A program made the position numbers and the translations under genes. Of a stretch of DNA of 64,000 nucleotides, positions 45,266 through 56,223 are shown piece by piece (position 1 is the stretch's first letter; every line of letters starts with the position of its first letter). The stretch covers positions 46,749-110,748 of the forward strand of contig JBFFQB010000002.1 in the NCBI GenBank assembly GCA_041573795.1, written 5' to 3'. The DNA is from Anaerolineales bacterium. GTDB lineage: Bacteria; Chloroflexota; Anaerolineae; Anaerolineales; E44-bin32. The notes beneath the pieces are model-generated. The model did not search any database. It was not told the DNA's origin and saw only the letters and a program-made list of their open reading frames with translations.

Positions 45266-46690
45266 ATGGCTATTATCGATGAACTCCTTGCCATTGCGAA
45301 ACCGCTTGAGGATGCTGTCCGACTTAAGGAAGGGCCTACGGTCACTGTTCGTGACCCTGAAACTGTGCGAGCCAATATCGAGCCGATAGTACGCACGGCA
45401 GTATTCGGGGAACAACGCGAAAAATCAGTTGCGCAGTGGTTTATTAGAGCCTTAGCAATCGAGCTCGGCGCAATTCCAAGCTCGATACACGAATTCTACC
45501 TGGCACGCGGGGGAGGAAAGACACCTGACGACTTCACTGTACCAGCGATGAACCTCCGGGCACTACCCTTTCATGCTGCCAGAGCGGTATTCCGGGTTGC
45601 GGTGAAAGAAGATGTATGCGCCTTGATCTTCGAGATCGCCCGATCCGAGATGGGCTACACCGACCAGCGTCCGGCTGAGTACGCCAGCGCTATCCTTGGC
45701 GCCGCGATCGCAGAGAATTACAAAGGCCCCGTATTCATCCAGGGAGATCATTTTCAAGTTAGCGCCAGCCGCTATTCAAAGGATCCAGAGAGTGAAATTA
45801 ATACGATCAAAGAGCTTATCGAAGAATCCGTTGCGGCGGGTTTTTTCAACATCGACATTGATACCTCCACACTCGTTGATCTGAGCCAGGAAACACTCCC
45901 AGATCAACAAAAAACCAACTATACATTATCTGCGGAACTTTCTGCCTTCATCCGAGCCATGGAGCCCGAGGGGATAACAATCTCCCTGGGTGGAGAGATT
46001 GGTGAAGTGGGAGGTCAAAACAGCACCGAGCCTGAACTACGTGCCTATATGGAAGGTTTTCAGACGATACTCTCTTCGATCAACCCACAATCTGCCGGAC
46101 TTTCAAAAATTAGCATTCAAACCGGAACGTCTCATGGTGGTGTGGTTCTGCCAGACGGATCAATCGCGGAAGCCAAAGTTGATTTTGATACACTCGCAAG
46201 ACTTTCAAAAGTCGCCAAAGAGTTTGGCATGGGCGGTGCTGTACAGCATGGCGCCTCTACCCTACCGGAAGCAGCGTTCCCAAAATTTGCAGAGTCGAAT
46301 GCACTCGAAGTCCATTTGGCTACTGGCTTCCAAAATATTCTCTTTGATCATCTGCCAGATGATCTAAAAGGTGAGATCTATGCCTATCTTGATCAAAACC
46401 ATAGCGATGAAAGGAAGGAAGGCCAGACCGAAGAGCAGTTCTATTACAAGACACGCAAACGGGCCCTGGGTCCCTTCAAGCCTGCTCTATGGGGGTTATC
46501 CGAGCCAGTGATTCGCTCGATAGAACAGGCCTGGGAAAATCAGTTTGGCGACTTGTTCGAGCGCTTGAACATCTTAAACACATGCAACCTCGTAAAAGCC
46601 ACCATGGAGCCAGTGGGACTTCTTCCCGATATCCATCGATACCTGTCAGAATCGGCTGTTGAAGAAGACGTTAGCGATCTTGCCGACTGA
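45266..46690 (+). CDS. class II (metal-dependent) ketose-bisphosphate aldolase family protein, long form
   Basis: Class II FBA-like motifs PVFIQGDHFQ, LGGEIGEVGG, QTGTSHGG, VQHGASTLP; 474 aa is longer than classical FbaA. Confidence 0.6.
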   Translation: MAIIDELLAIAKPLEDAVRLKEGPTVTVRDPETVRANIEPIVRTAVFGEQREKSVAQWFIRALAIELGAIPSSIHEFYLARGGGKTPDDFTVPAMNLRALPFHAARAVFRVAVKEDVCALIFEIARSEMGYTDQRPAEYASAILGAAIAENYKGPVFIQGDHFQVSASRYSKDPESEINTIKELIEESVAAGFFNIDIDTSTLVDLSQETLPDQQKTNYTLSAELSAFIRAMEPEGITISLGGEIGEVGGQNSTEPELRAYMEGFQTILSSINPQSAGLSKISIQTGTSHGGVVLPDGSIAEAKVDFDTLARLSKVAKEFGMGGAVQHGASTLPEAAFPKFAESNALEVHLATGFQNILFDHLPDDLKGEIYAYLDQNHSDERKEGQTEEQFYYKTRKRALGPFKPALWGLSEPVIRSIEQAWENQFGDLFERLNILNTCNLVKATMEPVGLLPDIHRYLSESAVEEDVSDLAD

Positions 46691-46707
46691 GCACAACCGA
46701 TAAGCCT

Positions 46708-47211
46708 ATGACACTTCCTGGGCAGCGGGTTCAAACGCACCGCTATCAGGTCATTCCACGTACACTCAGCTTTCTGCTAGATGGCGATGAGCTCCTGCTC
46801 ATTCGTATCGGCGCCGATCGCGGTGCCTGGGCCGGGTTACTTAATGGTGTCGGAGGCCATATTGAGGCTGGGGAGAATCCCCATGCAGCCGCAATCCGGG
46901 AGATCCAGGAAGAAACGGGAATATCACCCCGCGATCTGCGTTTTTGTGGAATCATCATCGTTGATACCGGATCTTCGCCGGGAATCGGGATGCACGTTTT
47001 CGTTGGCACAGCAGATGCCCGCGGGGTTACTATTAGCGATGAGGGCGAACTGCAATGGATCCCCCTTGAAAATATCGCTGAATTCCCACTTGTTACAGAT
47101 TTACCCATCCTAATCCCACGGGCGCTTGAGGCCTACCATGATGGAAAGCTTTTCTGTGGTTTGACCACCTTTGATGCAGAAGGACATCCCTCACTGCATT
47201 TCTTGCCATGA
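46708..47211 (+). CDS. NUDIX hydrolase
   Basis: Nudix box GGHIEAGENPHAAAIREIQEETGI. Confidence 0.9.
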   Translation: MTLPGQRVQTHRYQVIPRTLSFLLDGDELLLIRIGADRGAWAGLLNGVGGHIEAGENPHAAAIREIQEETGISPRDLRFCGIIIVDTGSSPGIGMHVFVGTADARGVTISDEGELQWIPLENIAEFPLVTDLPILIPRALEAYHDGKLFCGLTTFDAEGHPSLHFLP

Positions 47212-48104
47212 AACACATGATCGCTCAAAAGAATCCCACAAGCATCCCGGGTTATACCTGGATGGGCCTGCTCCTCATGCTCGCCGCGCAGCTTGGGCTT
47301 GTCTTTGAGGTGGACTGGATAGCCATATGGTTAACGCCGATTATGTGGAGTGGATACATCCTTTTTGTGGATGGCTTGCTCTATAAAAAATGGGGGATGT
47401 CCTGGCTTACCAATCGCAAGCTTGAATTTCCTCTGCTTATTTTGCTATCGATTGGGATCTGGCTGGTTTTCGAGGTCTACAATTTTCATTTGCAAAACTG
47501 GCTCTACCGTGGCGTCCCAGAGAATCCCTGGGTTCGGAATCTAGCCTATGCCTGGTCGTTTGCCACCATCCTCCCCGGTGTCTTTGTGACATCCGAATTT
47601 ATCCTGAGCTTTTTGCCAACGGTGATATCGCCGACTCTTTTCAAGCGTTTTGCCCACCTGCCTGACTGGACCTGGATCATCGTAGGTGTCGCGCTGGTGC
47701 TCATTCCTCTGAGCCTACCAGTCCCAATTGCCCGCTTTCTGTTTGGAGCAGTTTGGATTGGTTTTATCTTCCTCGTCGACCCTGTCAATCGGAAACTGGG
47801 TGTTGTTTCGCTTAAAGACCATTGGAGACGCGGGAAATTTGATCTAACCTTGGCGCTGCTGTGCGGTGGATTTGTCTGTGGATTGTTATGGGAAGCGTGG
47901 AATTACCAGGCGTATCGCCTCGCAGGGGGCCATTGGATCTATACTGTTCCGGGACCACTCCGGATCTTCGACCTGCACTATGGACAAATGCCGATCTTGG
48001 GGATGATAGGCTTCCTCCCCTTCGCGCTTGAGCTATACGTCATGTACAGATTTTTCCGCTCGGTCCTAGAAATAGAACGTTTTCTTGGCCCCTCGCAGTG
48101 GTAA
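47208..48104 (+). CDS. polytopic membrane protein of unknown function with internal two-fold repeat
   Basis: ATGA overlap with the NUDIX gene; ~8 hydrophobic segments; the two halves share W.G.I.LVD...L(W/V)FE(A/V)(W/Y)N...W.Y..P. Confidence 0.65.
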   Translation: MKHMIAQKNPTSIPGYTWMGLLLMLAAQLGLVFEVDWIAIWLTPIMWSGYILFVDGLLYKKWGMSWLTNRKLEFPLLILLSIGIWLVFEVYNFHLQNWLYRGVPENPWVRNLAYAWSFATILPGVFVTSEFILSFLPTVISPTLFKRFAHLPDWTWIIVGVALVLIPLSLPVPIARFLFGAVWIGFIFLVDPVNRKLGVVSLKDHWRRGKFDLTLALLCGGFVCGLLWEAWNYQAYRLAGGHWIYTVPGPLRIFDLHYGQMPILGMIGFLPFALELYVMYRFFRSVLEIERFLGPSQW

Positions 48105-48180
48105 TTAGTGTGTTCGCATAAGCGATAAAAAAAGGGGGAGAAATATCGCAGCCGCCTGCCTGATTGACCGGCAACTGCAT

Positions 48181-48744
48181 TCACTCACCTGGTTTCTCGT
48201 AAAAAAGTAATTTGGTGTTGCCGTATTTTCGTTCGTCGTATAGCGAGAGGTTATCCATCTCTACGATCAGGTACTCACTTGGGTCTAGTTGCACAATCAC
48301 GATACCATCAGGATTTAACCAATCACTATGTTTGTCAAGCTGTTGTATTGCCTCTTTCCAAAGACCCTTGTACTGCGGTGGGGCAATAAACACAATATCA
48401 AAAGGTTTTTGGACTGGGCTTTCCAGATACACCAATGCATCCCGTTGGAGCACATTGGCTGATTCTGAAAACCCACAAGTCAATACATTCTCTCGGATGA
48501 TCTGACAGGATTTATGATCGATATCGATAAAGACACTGTACTCAGCTCCACGGCTGAGCGCTTCGATACCTACGCTTCCTGTACCGGCAAACATGTCGAG
48601 AAATCTTGCACCCGCGAGATCCGGTCCAAGAATATTGAACAACGCTTCCTTTACGCGGTCACCGATCGGACGCGTGTTTGCCCCCGGCACCATTTTCAAT
48701 TTTCGCCCCTTCGCCGTACCCGCGATGACTCGAATCCCTGCCAT
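48181..48744 (-). CDS. rsmD: 16S rRNA (guanine966-N2)-methyltransferase RsmD family
   Basis: IAGTAKGRKL, SAM motif DMFAGTGSVGIEALSRGA, and FIAPPQY in place of DPPY. Confidence 0.85.
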   Translation of the reverse strand: MAGIRVIAGTAKGRKLKMVPGANTRPIGDRVKEALFNILGPDLAGARFLDMFAGTGSVGIEALSRGAEYSVFIDIDHKSCQIIRENVLTCGFSESANVLQRDALVYLESPVQKPFDIVFIAPPQYKGLWKEAIQQLDKHSDWLNPDGIVIVQLDPSEYLIVEMDNLSLYDERKYGNTKLLFYEKPGE

Positions 48745-48793
48745 TTCTATCCTATCCCGGTAATATGCAGGCTCTAATTCAACATATCTATGT

Positions 48794-49774
48794 CTATGCG
48801 AAATCTACGGCATCACGTACAACCCGCAGATTCCCCTCTGGCGCAATGATGTGTACAACACATCCCGTGCTCAAGATCATCCCCCGGGCTCCAGTGGAAG
48901 TCAGCGCCTCTTCACACTCCTCACGTATCGTCGCTGGCATGCCATAGGTTATGGTCTGGCGGCGTACACCCCCACAAACCGTACCCCCGAACTGCTTAGC
49001 CCCTTCCGTTAGATTGGGGGCGGTCTCCAAGTCGTGCCAATTTACGACGCCGACCGGATAACGCTGCGTGATCTCAAACATGATTGCACTCCCATGCAGG
49101 TGCAGCACATTGAGCCACCACTGTTGCGCGGCAGCCAGCAAGGGCAAATCAAAGGACTCTCCAAAGCGCAGATAACCTGCTGGATCGAAGTATTGATACG
49201 AAGCATGCTGAACTGCGAAAAAGATGCCATCGATCTCGATGGATTGAAGCGCGCCCAGAAAGGCGAGCGTAGATTCAAGAATTGTTTTCAATCCAAGCTC
49301 AACTTGCTTGGGATGGCTGTGGAGGTGCTCGAACAGGCGCTGTTCTCCAGCAAGGTTCTTGGCCTGGGATAAGGGATTGAAGATGGTTTGGATCATGGGG
49401 ACATCAGGACCAAGACGTTCACGCAGATAGCGAAGGCACTGCAGTTGGCCCGCCAGGTATCCCGCTTGAGGGTCTAACACCGGGAGCTGCTCCCAGCCAT
49501 CAGGGTCTTCGATCACTCGCCGCGTATACCCTCGGGTGCCCTCGCTTGAGCCCTGCCATTCATCCGCAACGCCCCAATCTTTGATGCAATAGGAGGAGGC
49601 TGGCGTAACCTTGACAAAATCGAAGTCAAATCGCTCCTGGTAGCTGGCGATTGCATCTGCCAGGCTTGCTGGATCTTGATCATCAACGGGGAAATGCCGC
49701 CACAGAGCAACTGGCGCACGATCGATCAGATCACCCTGAATAGCTGCTGCAAGCCGATCTCGTTTAGTGGTCAA
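48794..49774 (-). CDS. uroporphyrinogen decarboxylase (URO-D) family protein (MtaA/CmuA-like methyltransferase or decarboxylase)
   Basis: Size and N-terminal pattern DRAPVALWRHFPVDD, TIM-barrel-like periodicity. Family-level call only. Confidence 0.55.
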   Translation of the reverse strand: MTTKRDRLAAAIQGDLIDRAPVALWRHFPVDDQDPASLADAIASYQERFDFDFVKVTPASSYCIKDWGVADEWQGSSEGTRGYTRRVIEDPDGWEQLPVLDPQAGYLAGQLQCLRYLRERLGPDVPMIQTIFNPLSQAKNLAGEQRLFEHLHSHPKQVELGLKTILESTLAFLGALQSIEIDGIFFAVQHASYQYFDPAGYLRFGESFDLPLLAAAQQWWLNVLHLHGSAIMFEITQRYPVGVVNWHDLETAPNLTEGAKQFGGTVCGGVRRQTITYGMPATIREECEEALTSTGARGMILSTGCVVHIIAPEGNLRVVRDAVDFA

Positions 49775-49913
49775 TCTTTTTCACTCTTGTGTTGACTTCA
49801 CTGCTGCGGATGCCGATGTGCGAACGAGCTTAACTTTATCGTCGGCGAAAAAGCGTTTATCCCTGTGCAAGTTTCGTCGACACCATAAAAATAGAGGCCG
49901 AACGATTATGCAC

Positions 49914-50777
49914 TTATGCCAAGATCTCTGGGAGCAATTCAGGCCGGTCAGCCGTGGCGACCCCCGCCTTCTCCAATGCTTTGATCTTCTCTTCCGCAGT
50001 TCCTTCTCCGCCCTCCACGATCGCACCGGCATGACCCATACGCTTCCCCGGGGGCGCCGTTCGTCCCGCGATGAAAGCGGCAACGCGTTTCGTCATGTGC
50101 TCGCTAATGTAAGCCGCCGCGTGTTCTTCATCTGAGCCACCGATCTCTCCTATGAGAATGATCTTTTCGGTATACGGGTCGTCTTCAAAGAGAGCGAGGC
50201 TATCGACGAAGGAGGTACCATTGATCGGATCTCCACCGATTCCAATACAGGTTGATACCCCCATATCATTCATTTTTAAGGCGTTCAGGACCTCATAGGT
50301 TAGTGTCCCAGAGCGAGAGACAACACCGACACTACCGGGAATGGCAATATGCCCAGGAATAATTCCAACCTTGGATTGACCTGGACTGAGGAGCCCGGGG
50401 CAATTTGGTCCAACCAATCGAGCGTCATGTTGATCAAGGAAACGTCGAACTTGCATCATATCTTGGACAGGGATCCCCTCCGTGATGCATACAATCAAGC
50501 CGATACCAGCGTCGGCAGCTTCGAGGATCGCATCCGCTGCAAATCGGGCCGGGACAAAGCTAACACTGGTGTTCGCACCAGTGGCCTCGACCGCTATTTG
50601 AACCGTATCAAATACTGGAACTTTTCCACCTAAGACCCATTCACCCCCCTTTTCGGGCGTAACCCCAGCGACGACTTGCGTTCCGAACTCTATCATGCGA
50701 GCAGTGTGAAATAGTCCTTCACGGCCTGTTATTCCTTGAACTAGAAGACGGGTGTCTTTATCGATCAAGATACTCAT
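49914..50777 (-). CDS. sucD: succinyl-CoA synthetase alpha subunit
   Basis: [18 protein letters not shown], phosphohistidine loop MGHAGAI. Confidence 0.95.
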   Translation of the reverse strand: MSILIDKDTRLLVQGITGREGLFHTARMIEFGTQVVAGVTPEKGGEWVLGGKVPVFDTVQIAVEATGANTSVSFVPARFAADAILEAADAGIGLIVCITEGIPVQDMMQVRRFLDQHDARLVGPNCPGLLSPGQSKVGIIPGHIAIPGSVGVVSRSGTLTYEVLNALKMNDMGVSTCIGIGGDPINGTSFVDSLALFEDDPYTEKIILIGEIGGSDEEHAAAYISEHMTKRVAAFIAGRTAPPGKRMGHAGAIVEGGEGTAEEKIKALEKAGVATADRPELLPEILA

Positions 50778-51920
50778 CTACGATTGCCTCCCCTTTGCTG
50801 CTTGAATCGCTTTTTGGGCTGCGTCGGCAAGCGAGACTGCGGTTTCCATGTCCGCATCAGCCAATAAGCTCCGACCCTCTTCCGCGTTGGTTCCAACAAG
50901 CCGGACGACCATCGGGATATCTGTTGATGCCTGCTCTAAAGCGCTTAATATCCCTCGCGCAACTTCATCTCCTCGGGTGATGCCGCCGAAAATATTAAAT
51001 AGGATGGCTTCAACATTGGGGTCTTTGAGGATAATCTGGATTGCAGCCGCAACTTTCTCTGAACTTGCACCTCCGCCAATATCAAGAAAATTAGCAGGTT
51101 GACCACCATACAGTTGGATGACATCCATGGTGGCCATCGCCAGGCCCGCACCGTTGACCATACATCCAATATTGCCGTCCAATTTCACATAGGAGAGCCC
51201 ATACTTACGCGCTTCACGCTCCTCAACAGCTTCTTCGTCTAAATCGCGCATCTCGGCTAATTCAGGATGTCGAAAGAGCCCATTATCATCCAAGACCATC
51301 TTCCCATCGAGGGCGATCATTTGATTCTCGGCTGTGATCACAAGGGGGTTGATTTCTGCAAGTGTAGCGTCCGTAGCGGCGTATGCCTGGTAGAGACCTT
51401 TGGCGATCTTCATAAAAGTACGCCAATGTTCCCTGGGGATTTCTGCCGCCGCTGCAAGATAGCGTCCCTGGTAATCCTTTAATCCCAAGAGAGGATCAAC
51501 CCAAATCCGCTGTATCTTCTCAGGGTGCGTTTTCGCAACTTCTTCGATCTCTACGCCACCCTCGCCCGATGCGATCATGACCGGGCATTTTTCAGTTCTA
51601 TCATTGGTGACTCCGAGGTAGATTTCGGTGGCGATATCAACCGCTTCGTCCACCAGAACCCGGCGAACAGGTAAGCCTTTGATCTCCATCCCCAACAATT
51701 GCGCTGCGACCTCCTCGGCCTCCTCGGGTGTATAGACCAATCGAATCCCACCGGCTTTTCCCCGTCCACCAACAAGCACCTGGGATTTAATCACCACGCG
51801 GCCACCTAATTCTTCTGCGATCGTCCTTGCCTCCGTGGCTGTCATCGCAACCCGGCCACGCAAGATCGGAATGCCGTAGTTTGCGAAAACTTGTTTTGAT
51901 TGGTACTCATGTAACTTCAT
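50778..51920 (-). CDS. sucC: succinyl-CoA synthetase beta subunit
   Basis: [21 protein letters not shown]-grasp motifs, [18 protein letters not shown]. Confidence 0.95.
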   Translation of the reverse strand: MKLHEYQSKQVFANYGIPILRGRVAMTATEARTIAEELGGRVVIKSQVLVGGRGKAGGIRLVYTPEEAEEVAAQLLGMEIKGLPVRRVLVDEAVDIATEIYLGVTNDRTEKCPVMIASGEGGVEIEEVAKTHPEKIQRIWVDPLLGLKDYQGRYLAAAAEIPREHWRTFMKIAKGLYQAYAATDATLAEINPLVITAENQMIALDGKMVLDDNGLFRHPELAEMRDLDEEAVEEREARKYGLSYVKLDGNIGCMVNGAGLAMATMDVIQLYGGQPANFLDIGGGASSEKVAAAIQIILKDPNVEAILFNIFGGITRGDEVARGILSALEQASTDIPMVVRLVGTNAEEGRSLLADADMETAVSLADAAQKAIQAAKGRQS

Positions 51921-51968
51921 GTACGCTCCTTGTTCTTTCCAGAACCGTTGAAGTCCGCTCTTAGTAAA

Positions 51969-54900
51969 TTAATTTTCTAGAGTCAAACCAGGATTAAACC
52001 GCATGACACGATGATTCCCACTGTCCACAATCCAAACCTCGCCTGTGTCAGCAATGTCTATCCCACTCAAGATGTTGAACTGATTATTTTCGATGCCAAA
52101 AGCCCCACCCCATCCGATGAGAAATTCGCCGGTAGGACCGAAGCATAAGATGCGGAATCCTTCGGGGTCGGTAGTGCATATCACGCCCTCTTCATTCAAG
52201 CCAAGATAGGGTTTATTTTCGAGTGATTGGCCATACCAGGCATTCATACTCCACGCAAGTACCGGTTCGAACTGATCCGGGATGAGATCATCAAATACTT
52301 GGATTCGCTGGTTCCACGTATCAGCGACAAAAACCCTGTCGAAGTTATCAACCGCCAGACCTACAGGTTCATCCAGAAAACCTGGTAGATAGCCAGCACT
52401 TCCGAATTGGCTCAGGAAATTCCCCCCTTGATCAAAGACTTTGACCCGTTTGTTTCCAGTGTCAGAAACATAAAACCTTCCGCTGCTATCCACAACGACA
52501 TCCCGTGGCCCCCAGAATGATTCAGGCTCTTCGCCCAAGCCCTCCCTCCCGAGCATTCCCAGGTACTCCCCCTCAGGTGAAAACCATTGGATGCGGTGGT
52601 TCCATGTATCAGCAACGTAGACCGTGCCATCATTCGAGACGGCTATCCCCCAGGGTTCGTTGAATGTTCCACCAGGAGCATTTCCCTCCGCTACGGATGC
52701 GTAGGAACCCCATACATCCAGAACTTCACCAGAAGCGGATAGATGCTGTACGCGGTGGTTTGCAGTATCAACTACATAGATCGAACCGTCGGGCGCGATC
52801 GCTAGATCACGCGGACGGAAAAATTCTCCAGGAGAGAGCCCTTCACCCCCAATGACCAGATCTGCAGAGAGGTCTTCGATCAGACCCTCGTAGGGATCCT
52901 CAATTACAGGAGGATTGATCGAGGCTGAAGTAACACCATAATCCCAGACCATCGCAGCAATATCTTTACGTATGTACAAGCGCATGCGGTCCGAGGGTGA
53001 CCAACGCGGCAAACTCATATCCCTCCCGCTCCACTCCGCATAACGCGTGAAATCCCGGTCGATCCAGATATCCCAAATGGCTACACGCAGCATCTTGTCG
53101 GTGAAGAATGGCTTGATATGCCCCCAGGCTCGGGAAATATATTCACCGAAGCCCATCGGATCTGGTTCTATCCCTGTCGGGGGCGCTTCAAAATTCCGTT
53201 CTGCTTCGATCGCCGAGCGTTTCAAATTCCAGTAATCTTGATTCGGCCACCACATACGAATGTATTCATAGCTGTTGAAGTTGTCGGCCAGCAGGGGCTC
53301 AACGGCTGTCCAGTTGTTATCTCCAACCAGGATCACAGGATAATCGAGTAGATCACGTGTCGGGTTTGCACCAAAGAAGTATTGCTGTGTGTAATCCCGC
53401 AAATACCAATTCAAAGGCCAGGACACGTCATCATCATAGGCTACGCGCAGGGCTTTTCCGTCTGTCGTGCGAATGGATAAATCTTCAATCTGTTTCATTG
53501 CCGTCTTGACACCCGGGCCGGCATGTGCATAAACCAGGTATTCTGTCGCCAGATCGTAATGAACCAGTGCCGCCCTCACACCAGCTCTAAAGGTTAGGAT
53601 CAGGGCGAGGCTAAGCATGATGGCACCGCTCAATCGTAAGAAGCGCCCCCAACGCCAGCTTTCCTGAAGACGGAAGAGACCATATCCACTGGCGGCGATA
53701 AAAACAAGCAAGGTAAAGAAAAGCGTGGTCGCTCGTAATTGCGGAAGCTCATTGCCTTGAAAAGGTGGAGCAGCGCCAAGAATCATGCCCAGGGCGCGCA
53801 CCACCGAGAGTAGAAAAGTGAGCGTTAGCGCTACCTTGACCCATCCCTTTGCGTCTCGATACTGTCCCCATTCAACCCTTTTGAAATATTCGCCGATTCC
53901 CCAACCCCCCAAAAGAATGAGCGGCAAGGCAATGTGAACCGTGAGCCAGGGCATTTTCTCCCCTGCGAATGAATATGCAGCGAAGGAAGTGAAAGACCAG
54001 TAGGCCAGGAATCCAATGACCGGGAAGCGTTGTCCGGGATCAGCTTCTGAACCAGGTAGCGCAGATTCAACTGTCGAACCTCGAAACCAATAGATGACTG
54101 CCATGATCGATCCGATTGCAGGTAAGTACTCGTAAATCGGAACTTGGACAAACAGGTAATAATAGAGCGGCTGCCCTCCACGTTGAACCCCGTGCTGCTC
54201 GATCCAATAACCAAGCGATCCAACCAGCCCAGAAACGAGACCATTTTCATTCGTAAAAAGTGTCGTGAAGAAAATGAAAAAGATCGAAAAGAATACAGCA
54301 GCCGAAATGAGCCATTTTCGCCAGTTCCATACGATCCCCACAGCCGCACTGATCATGAGCAGTGCCACGACTATCAGGGTCGTCCGACTTAGCGGAAATA
54401 ACGTCCGGTATTCCAGGGTCGGCCACCCAAACGTATCAGATAGCAGTGACGCAAGCTGTGGAAGCGTAAAGGTAGCCGTAACGACGAGTAGATCGAGATC
54501 AGGAAATTCCTCGCGCAGTCTAGGACCGTATGCTGCGAGTAGGCCAAAGCCCATCAGCAAGAAGCCACCGATGGCCAATATAGCGCCAAAGGAAACCAAT
54601 GGGGAGACACTCAACCCTGCGGCCAAGGCTTCCGTCGATTCAATTGCAGATTGACTGGTTTCCAATGCTCCCGATGCTGCCCAGCCTTGAAATAACGCGC
54701 CTAATGCGAGAAAAACCCCCAGGGCAGAAGCCGCGAATCCGAAAAGGAAGGCGTACTTGTGTTGATTGCTTTGCCAGGGTTGCCTGAGCAATCTCAAACC
54801 AAAGAAAGCCCCAAGAAAGATCAATAATTGCGCGGTATAGATAAAGGATGTCTCTTTAGCTGTCGCATGTAAGGCCAGCGACGCCACCAGAGCATAGAGC

Positions 54901-55406
54901 CATTGTGGCTTTCGAGTTTCGTAATACTGAAATACCGCATAGAACATGAGCAAAGCAAGGGGCACCACGAGAGCTTCATTGCGCACATAGCGACCGTAGT
55001 ACAGCATATAGGGAGATATCGTCATCAGCGCTGTTGCCGCTAAGCCACCCCACTTGCCAAGCCACTTTCGAAAGAGGTAGACCATCGCAACGGCTAACAC
55101 ACTCGCAAATGCCACTGGATAGCGAGCAGAAGCATCTGAATCGCCAAACAGAAAATAAGAAAACGCCACCAGGTGCATCTGGAGGGGCCCGTGCATTAAG
55201 GGGTCATGGGAAAACCCTCGGCCCTCGGATAAATACCAGGAAAATTGAGTGTGCAGGCTCTCGTCATGGCTCATGACACGCGATTCCAAATCTACAAAGC
55301 GTGTAAGGAGGGCGATAACGAGCAAGCCAATATAGACGACAACTTCGGGGTTGATGGCTATATTTCTATTCAGCCAAGTTTGCTTTGCCTGGTCCTGTAA
55401 TTCCAT
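51969..55406 (-). CDS. GT-C fold glycosyltransferase (PMT/ArnT, family 39-like) membrane domain fused to C-terminal NHL-repeat beta-propeller
   Basis: The N-terminal ~600 aa have >12 TM helices and a first-loop acidic motif VMSHDESLH. The C-terminal ~310 aa carry six repeats of the type P.G(I/L)AV...G.(I/V)YV(A/S)DT.N.R(I/V)Q.F. Confidence 0.75.
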   Translation of the reverse strand: MELQDQAKQTWLNRNIAINPEVVVYIGLLVIALLTRFVDLESRVMSHDESLHTQFSWYLSEGRGFSHDPLMHGPLQMHLVAFSYFLFGDSDASARYPVAFASVLAVAMVYLFRKWLGKWGGLAATALMTISPYMLYYGRYVRNEALVVPLALLMFYAVFQYYETRKPQWLYALVASLALHATAKETSFIYTAQLLIFLGAFFGLRLLRQPWQSNQHKYAFLFGFAASALGVFLALGALFQGWAASGALETSQSAIESTEALAAGLSVSPLVSFGAILAIGGFLLMGFGLLAAYGPRLREEFPDLDLLVVTATFTLPQLASLLSDTFGWPTLEYRTLFPLSRTTLIVVALLMISAAVGIVWNWRKWLISAAVFFSIFFIFFTTLFTNENGLVSGLVGSLGYWIEQHGVQRGGQPLYYYLFVQVPIYEYLPAIGSIMAVIYWFRGSTVESALPGSEADPGQRFPVIGFLAYWSFTSFAAYSFAGEKMPWLTVHIALPLILLGGWGIGEYFKRVEWGQYRDAKGWVKVALTLTFLLSVVRALGMILGAAPPFQGNELPQLRATTLFFTLLVFIAASGYGLFRLQESWRWGRFLRLSGAIMLSLALILTFRAGVRAALVHYDLATEYLVYAHAGPGVKTAMKQIEDLSIRTTDGKALRVAYDDDVSWPLNWYLRDYTQQYFFGANPTRDLLDYPVILVGDNNWTAVEPLLADNFNSYEYIRMWWPNQDYWNLKRSAIEAERNFEAPPTGIEPDPMGFGEYISRAWGHIKPFFTDKMLRVAIWDIWIDRDFTRYAEWSGRDMSLPRWSPSDRMRLYIRKDIAAMVWDYGVTSASINPPVIEDPYEGLIEDLSADLVIGGEGLSPGEFFRPRDLAIAPDGSIYVVDTANHRVQHLSASGEVLDVWGSYASVAEGNAPGGTFNEPWGIAVSNDGTVYVADTWNHRIQWFSPEGEYLGMLGREGLGEEPESFWGPRDVVVDSSGRFYVSDTGNKRVKVFDQGGNFLSQFGSAGYLPGFLDEPVGLAVDNFDRVFVADTWNQRIQVFDDLIPDQFEPVLAWSMNAWYGQSLENKPYLGLNEEGVICTTDPEGFRILCFGPTGEFLIGWGGAFGIENNQFNILSGIDIADTGEVWIVDSGNHRVMRFNPGLTLEN

Positions 55407-55500
55407 TATCGATCCTTCTTTTCATATTTTAATCCTGCATTGTGACACTGATGCATGATTGCTACCAGAACAGAACGTCGTGGATAAATATATTCGCTGC

Positions 55501-56223
55501 TTAATTCACCTCAAGGAGAGCCAGTAACGCATCGCGTTCAGCGATGGAACAATCCTGCCAGTTCCCGGGGGCCAAAGACCCCAATGCAAGCGTAGCGATG
55601 CGAATACGGATCAACCGCAGCACTGTTAATCCTAGCACAGACGCCATGGTCCTAATTTGACGCTTACGCCCTTCGCGAAGAATGACATTACACCAGGTTT
55701 GACCCTGCTCCTGCGATTGCACTGAAATGTGAGATCGTTTTGTCAAATAACCGTCTGGGAGCAGGACCCCACCCTGCCAGTGAGACAATTGTGTGTGCGA
55801 TGGTGATTCTTCGAAAAGCACCCGATACTCTTTTTCATGTTGATAGCTTGGATGTGTGAGGCGCTGAGTAAGCTCGCCATTATTTGTGAGTAAGATCAGT
55901 CCCTCAGATTCAAGATCGAGGCGACCTACTGGGTGAATCCGCTCTGGGATTGGCACCAGATTGAAGATCGTTGGATGACCGCCTTGCGATTGCGTGGAAC
56001 AAAGGTACCCCGGAGGCTTGTTTAATTTGATATAGCGATGTGGCTCAGGGGGATAGAGAAGCTCGCCATCAATTCTAATATCGACGGCATGGGGATCGAC
56101 CTTATCACCGAGCATGGCTACCATGCCATTCACGGTGACCCGACCTGCGTGAATAAGATCCTCGCAATGCCTTCGAGACCCCAATCCCCTCCTGGCAAGC
56201 ACTTTCTGTAAGCGTTCAGTCAT
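55501..56223 (-). CDS. pseudouridine synthase, RsuA/RluB family (S4 domain + catalytic domain)
   Basis: S4 region LQKVLARRGLGSRRHCEDLI..GRVTVNG; catalytic HPVGRLDLESEGLILLTN. Confidence 0.9.
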   Translation of the reverse strand: MTERLQKVLARRGLGSRRHCEDLIHAGRVTVNGMVAMLGDKVDPHAVDIRIDGELLYPPEPHRYIKLNKPPGYLCSTQSQGGHPTIFNLVPIPERIHPVGRLDLESEGLILLTNNGELTQRLTHPSYQHEKEYRVLFEESPSHTQLSHWQGGVLLPDGYLTKRSHISVQSQEQGQTWCNVILREGRKRQIRTMASVLGLTVLRLIRIRIATLALGSLAPGNWQDCSIAERDALLALLEVN

